Source: an uncultured Gammaproteobacteria bacterium
GTDB lineage: Bacteria > Pseudomonadota > Gammaproteobacteria > Eutrophobiales > Eutrophobiaceae
DNA length: 64,000 nucleotides
Reading direction: 5' to 3'
NCBI GenBank assembly: GCA_943788815.1
Contig: CALSRS010000002.1
Location: 230,636 to 294,635, forward strand
Of the stretch, positions 61,464 through 64,000 are shown piece after piece (within the stretch, counting starts at the first letter, position 1; each line of letters begins with the position of its first letter). The translations under genes and the position numbers were made by a program. The notes under the pieces were generated by a model that saw nothing but the letters and a program-made list of their open reading frames with translations, made no database searches and was not told where the DNA came from.

Positions 61464-63691
61464 CAAATTGTATTCCAACGTCGTCTAAGCAACCATTCAG
61501 TTGCTTTAAAAAGAAATAACAGTATAAAAATTAATGGAGCATCCCATAAAGGACTAATCTCTCTTTGTGTTATACCCGCGGCAGAAAATTCAATAGCACT
61601 TAATAGCTCATCTAGTTCGTCTTGATTCCAATATCGCCCGCCAGTAGCATCTGCAAGTTGCTGTAAAAGCATGTGGTTAGCCCTTAAAGAAAAATATTCT
61701 GCCTTTCCTGCATCATGATAAATGGCTATTCTTGCTGAAGCTATAGGTTCATTGTCACGACGTGTTATGGTTTCTATATCATATAAGCCAGATGTATCTG
61801 CACGAAATTCACCCGTCATCAGGTCAGGGATGTCCTGTGATGGATGCAGTTCCACTGTCATGGCTTCACCTGTTTGTGGAGTAACGATTGCTGTTAATTT
61901 TAATTCCCGTTCAGGTTCATAATTTTCATCCCTGATTTCAGTCTTTATACTGATTTGATCACCTGTTACCTGGCTCGTCATAAAAAATCTTCCAGGCGTA
62001 TCAATCACAAGTTCTCGTAGTAATTGGCGCCAGAAGGTCTCATGACTTTGATCTTCCAGGGGCATGCTCATCTGCCATCGCCAGGTACCCCCAGTTGCAA
62101 AAATATAACTGGATCCGCGCCCGTATGGTTGATTAACCAGAAGTGGATGATTTTCACCATTGACATCAATGGTCAGTAAAGTGCTGGCAGCAGGTTTTAG
62201 CTCGCCGATTAACTGGTAATCTGCAATCTCAGGTAATTCTTGCCATGCCTTACGGTTATTATTTATGTCCTGATCAAATTTCAGCATAGGTGAGTGCAGT
62301 CCTGCCGCTGTGAGTTCAACTTTCGCCTTTTCGCGTATGAATTTACCATTGCTCTGGCTCAACCTGGCAGGTAGGGCTTCATATATTAGAGAATTTTCCC
62401 ATCCTCCACTGCCCAGGCCATTAAGCCCGGCAATCATTAACAGGCTCCCACCCCGTTCACTTACAAAATCGTGGACCATCTGTTGTTGTTCGGGAGTAAA
62501 TGATGCTGCCTCGATACTGCCAATAATCAAGGCATTGTATTTAAAGAGTTCTGCCTTCGTTAAAGGAAAGCCTTCCACAAGCTCATCAGGGCTACTAATG
62601 CCTTGCCTGTAAAATTTGTTCTGACTGACGCGTAATAAGCTAACCAGATCTATGCTTTGATCCTTATCCATCGCACGGCGGATAAATTTATATTCCCACC
62701 GCGGCTCGCCTTCAATGTATAACACCTTATATTTTTCTTCCTTGACATTAACCACGCGCGATTGATGATTGTTTTCAGTGATCTGTTCACCTTCCCAGGG
62801 ATCCAGTGAAAACCTCAAATGTCTGTATCCAGTGTCTGAAACAGGAATATCTATCCATGCTGTAGAAATTTTATTTCCCTCGTCCAATTCCAGATCATGA
62901 CTCATAATTATATTGTCATTATCATAAATCTTTAGCCTGGCCTGACCGGGCTTGTCATGGCGCACGGCAACTCGTGCAGCTAATATTGTCCCAGGCAATG
63001 CCTGCCCCGGTAATGTCACTTCCTGAAGTTCAAGATCCTCCTCTATCTCTTCTTGCCCGACACCGATCGCATGTACAGGGACATTAAAACTTGCAAGCTC
63101 TGCTAACTGGTCCTGTGTCAAGGCTCCGGCATTATCAGCACCATCAGAAACCAAAACAATCGCGCCAAGTGGTGTGGAACGCGACATACTGAGTACCTGC
63201 CTGACAGAATTACCCAGCAATGTCATTTGTTCTGGAGACGGTAATGTTTCGTATGATTCAGTAGGGTTTGCATCGTGTGCAAACGTAAAACGCGAGATCT
63301 GATAATGATCCTGAAGTGCGGAAATTGCATCATTATCAATAACCGTCAATGCCTCCTGCATCCTTGAGCCATCGGCTTGCGAATAAGTCATGCTTTGCGA
63401 TGTGTCCAGCATAATAGCGATAACATTGTCACCTGCCCTGAGCTTTTCAGTCATGATCGCTGGTTGCCAGAGGACGACCAGTACTACAAGCACCATACAA
63501 AGCTGCAAACCCCAAATACAAAACAGTTGTGGTAGACGCAATGTAGTCCGTTTGGCAAGTAACATGACCGAAATCGTAATTAATATGACAACAAAACTTG
63601 CTATCGCAATCCAAACTGGCCACTCCCGTGCAAATATTAATTCACCCTGGTCATAGACTATCTGTGGATATTTTAATAAGTAATCGAGCAT
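61463..63691 (-). CDS. Membrane protein with VWA and class-I glutamine-amidotransferase-like domains
   Basis: Two N-terminal TMs; MIDAS DTSQS, VSDG; VLYIEGEPRWEYKF, GGSLLMIAG, YGRG, TWRW; C-terminal EWLLRRRW. Confidence 0.82.
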   Translation of the reverse strand: MLDYLLKYPQIVYDQGELIFAREWPVWIAIASFVVILITISVMLLAKRTTLRLPQLFCIWGLQLCMVLVVLVVLWQPAIMTEKLRAGDNVIAIMLDTSQSMTYSQADGSRMQEALTVIDNDAISALQDHYQISRFTFAHDANPTESYETLPSPEQMTLLGNSVRQVLSMSRSTPLGAIVLVSDGADNAGALTQDQLAELASFNVPVHAIGVGQEEIEEDLELQEVTLPGQALPGTILAARVAVRHDKPGQARLKIYDNDNIIMSHDLELDEGNKISTAWIDIPVSDTGYRHLRFSLDPWEGEQITENNHQSRVVNVKEEKYKVLYIEGEPRWEYKFIRRAMDKDQSIDLVSLLRVSQNKFYRQGISSPDELVEGFPLTKAELFKYNALIIGSIEAASFTPEQQQMVHDFVSERGGSLLMIAGLNGLGSGGWENSLIYEALPARLSQSNGKFIREKAKVELTAAGLHSPMLKFDQDINNNRKAWQELPEIADYQLIGELKPAASTLLTIDVNGENHPLLVNQPYGRGSSYIFATGGTWRWQMSMPLEDQSHETFWRQLLRELVIDTPGRFFMTSQVTGDQISIKTEIRDENYEPERELKLTAIVTPQTGEAMTVELHPSQDIPDLMTGEFRADTSGLYDIETITRRDNEPIASARIAIYHDAGKAEYFSLRANHMLLQQLADATGGRYWNQDELDELLSAIEFSAAGITQREISPLWDAPLIFILLFLFKATEWLLRRRWNTI

Positions 63692-63693
63692 GT

Positions 63694-64000
63694 CTAATGT
63701 GTCATTGCATATATAACGTAGTTAACACCAAAACGGTACGCCAATGCCGTCATTGGTTCAGGATAATCAGGGTGGTCTGCGTGTTCCCAGGCATCACCGA
63801 TATCCATGTTAAAATTTATTGCTACCATTAACCTGCCCTCATCGTCATAGATCCCTCGCCAATGTGGCTTCACACCGTCTTTTTCAAATGTATTACCACT
63901 CCAGTATGTATACATACCGGGGATCTGTATCCGATTGTCCAGATCATAAAAAACATGGAGGACTTCATGATTATTATCAATTTCATGAACTGGACGGTTT
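63694..64000 (-). CDS. DUF4159-family protein, 5'-truncated by the window edge
   Basis: Frame is open to the window end (NRPVHEIDNNHEVLHVFYD...); GIYDDEGRLMV..N.DIGDAWE and GVNYVIYAMTH. Confidence 0.82.
   Translation of the reverse strand, partial: NRPVHEIDNNHEVLHVFYDLDNRIQIPGMYTYWSGNTFEKDGVKPHWRGIYDDEGRLMVAINFNMDIGDAWEHADHPDYPEPMTALAYRFGVNYVIYAMTH

Overview
A 64-kb, AT-rich chromosomal window from a gammaproteobacterium; the hflKC-DUF2065-hisZ-purA-tRNA-Leu-rnr-rlmB order suggests a non-enteric lineage. It has four blocks. (1) 1-17.6 kb is an accessory surface-glycolipid locus: two glycosyltransferases, an LpxL-like acyltransferase, a probable di-iron enzyme, a cytochrome P450, an SDR, an FAD oxidoreductase, and a translationally coupled WcbR/RkpA-type reducing type I PKS plus WcbT/RkpG-type PLP alpha-oxoamine synthase. 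Together they look like a sphingolipid-like lipid pathway with extra tailoring enzymes. (2) 18-30 kb holds mixed genes (prc, degenerate PilZ, uxs, msrA, phasin with a PhaR-like box, ABC exporter, sohB, avtA, M28 peptidase, DUF192). (3) 30-50.7 kb is core genome (rlmB, rnr, tRNA-Leu, purA, hisZ, hflXKC, hfq, miaA, mutL, amiB, tsaE, nnr, orn, an M48 peptidase, recR, ybaB, dnaX, SRP RNA). MutL here appears to have lost its endonuclease motifs. (4) 50.7-64 kb is a tightly coupled, uncharacterised MoxR/VWA operon: DUF4159, VWA-GATase-like, caspase-fold protein with Ser at the catalytic Cys position, TPR-zinc peptidase, MoxR, DUF58, BatA-VWA and a giant coiled-coil protein. I saw no CRISPR array, rRNA, integrase or transposase. 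All calls come from reading motifs by eye; no searches were run.
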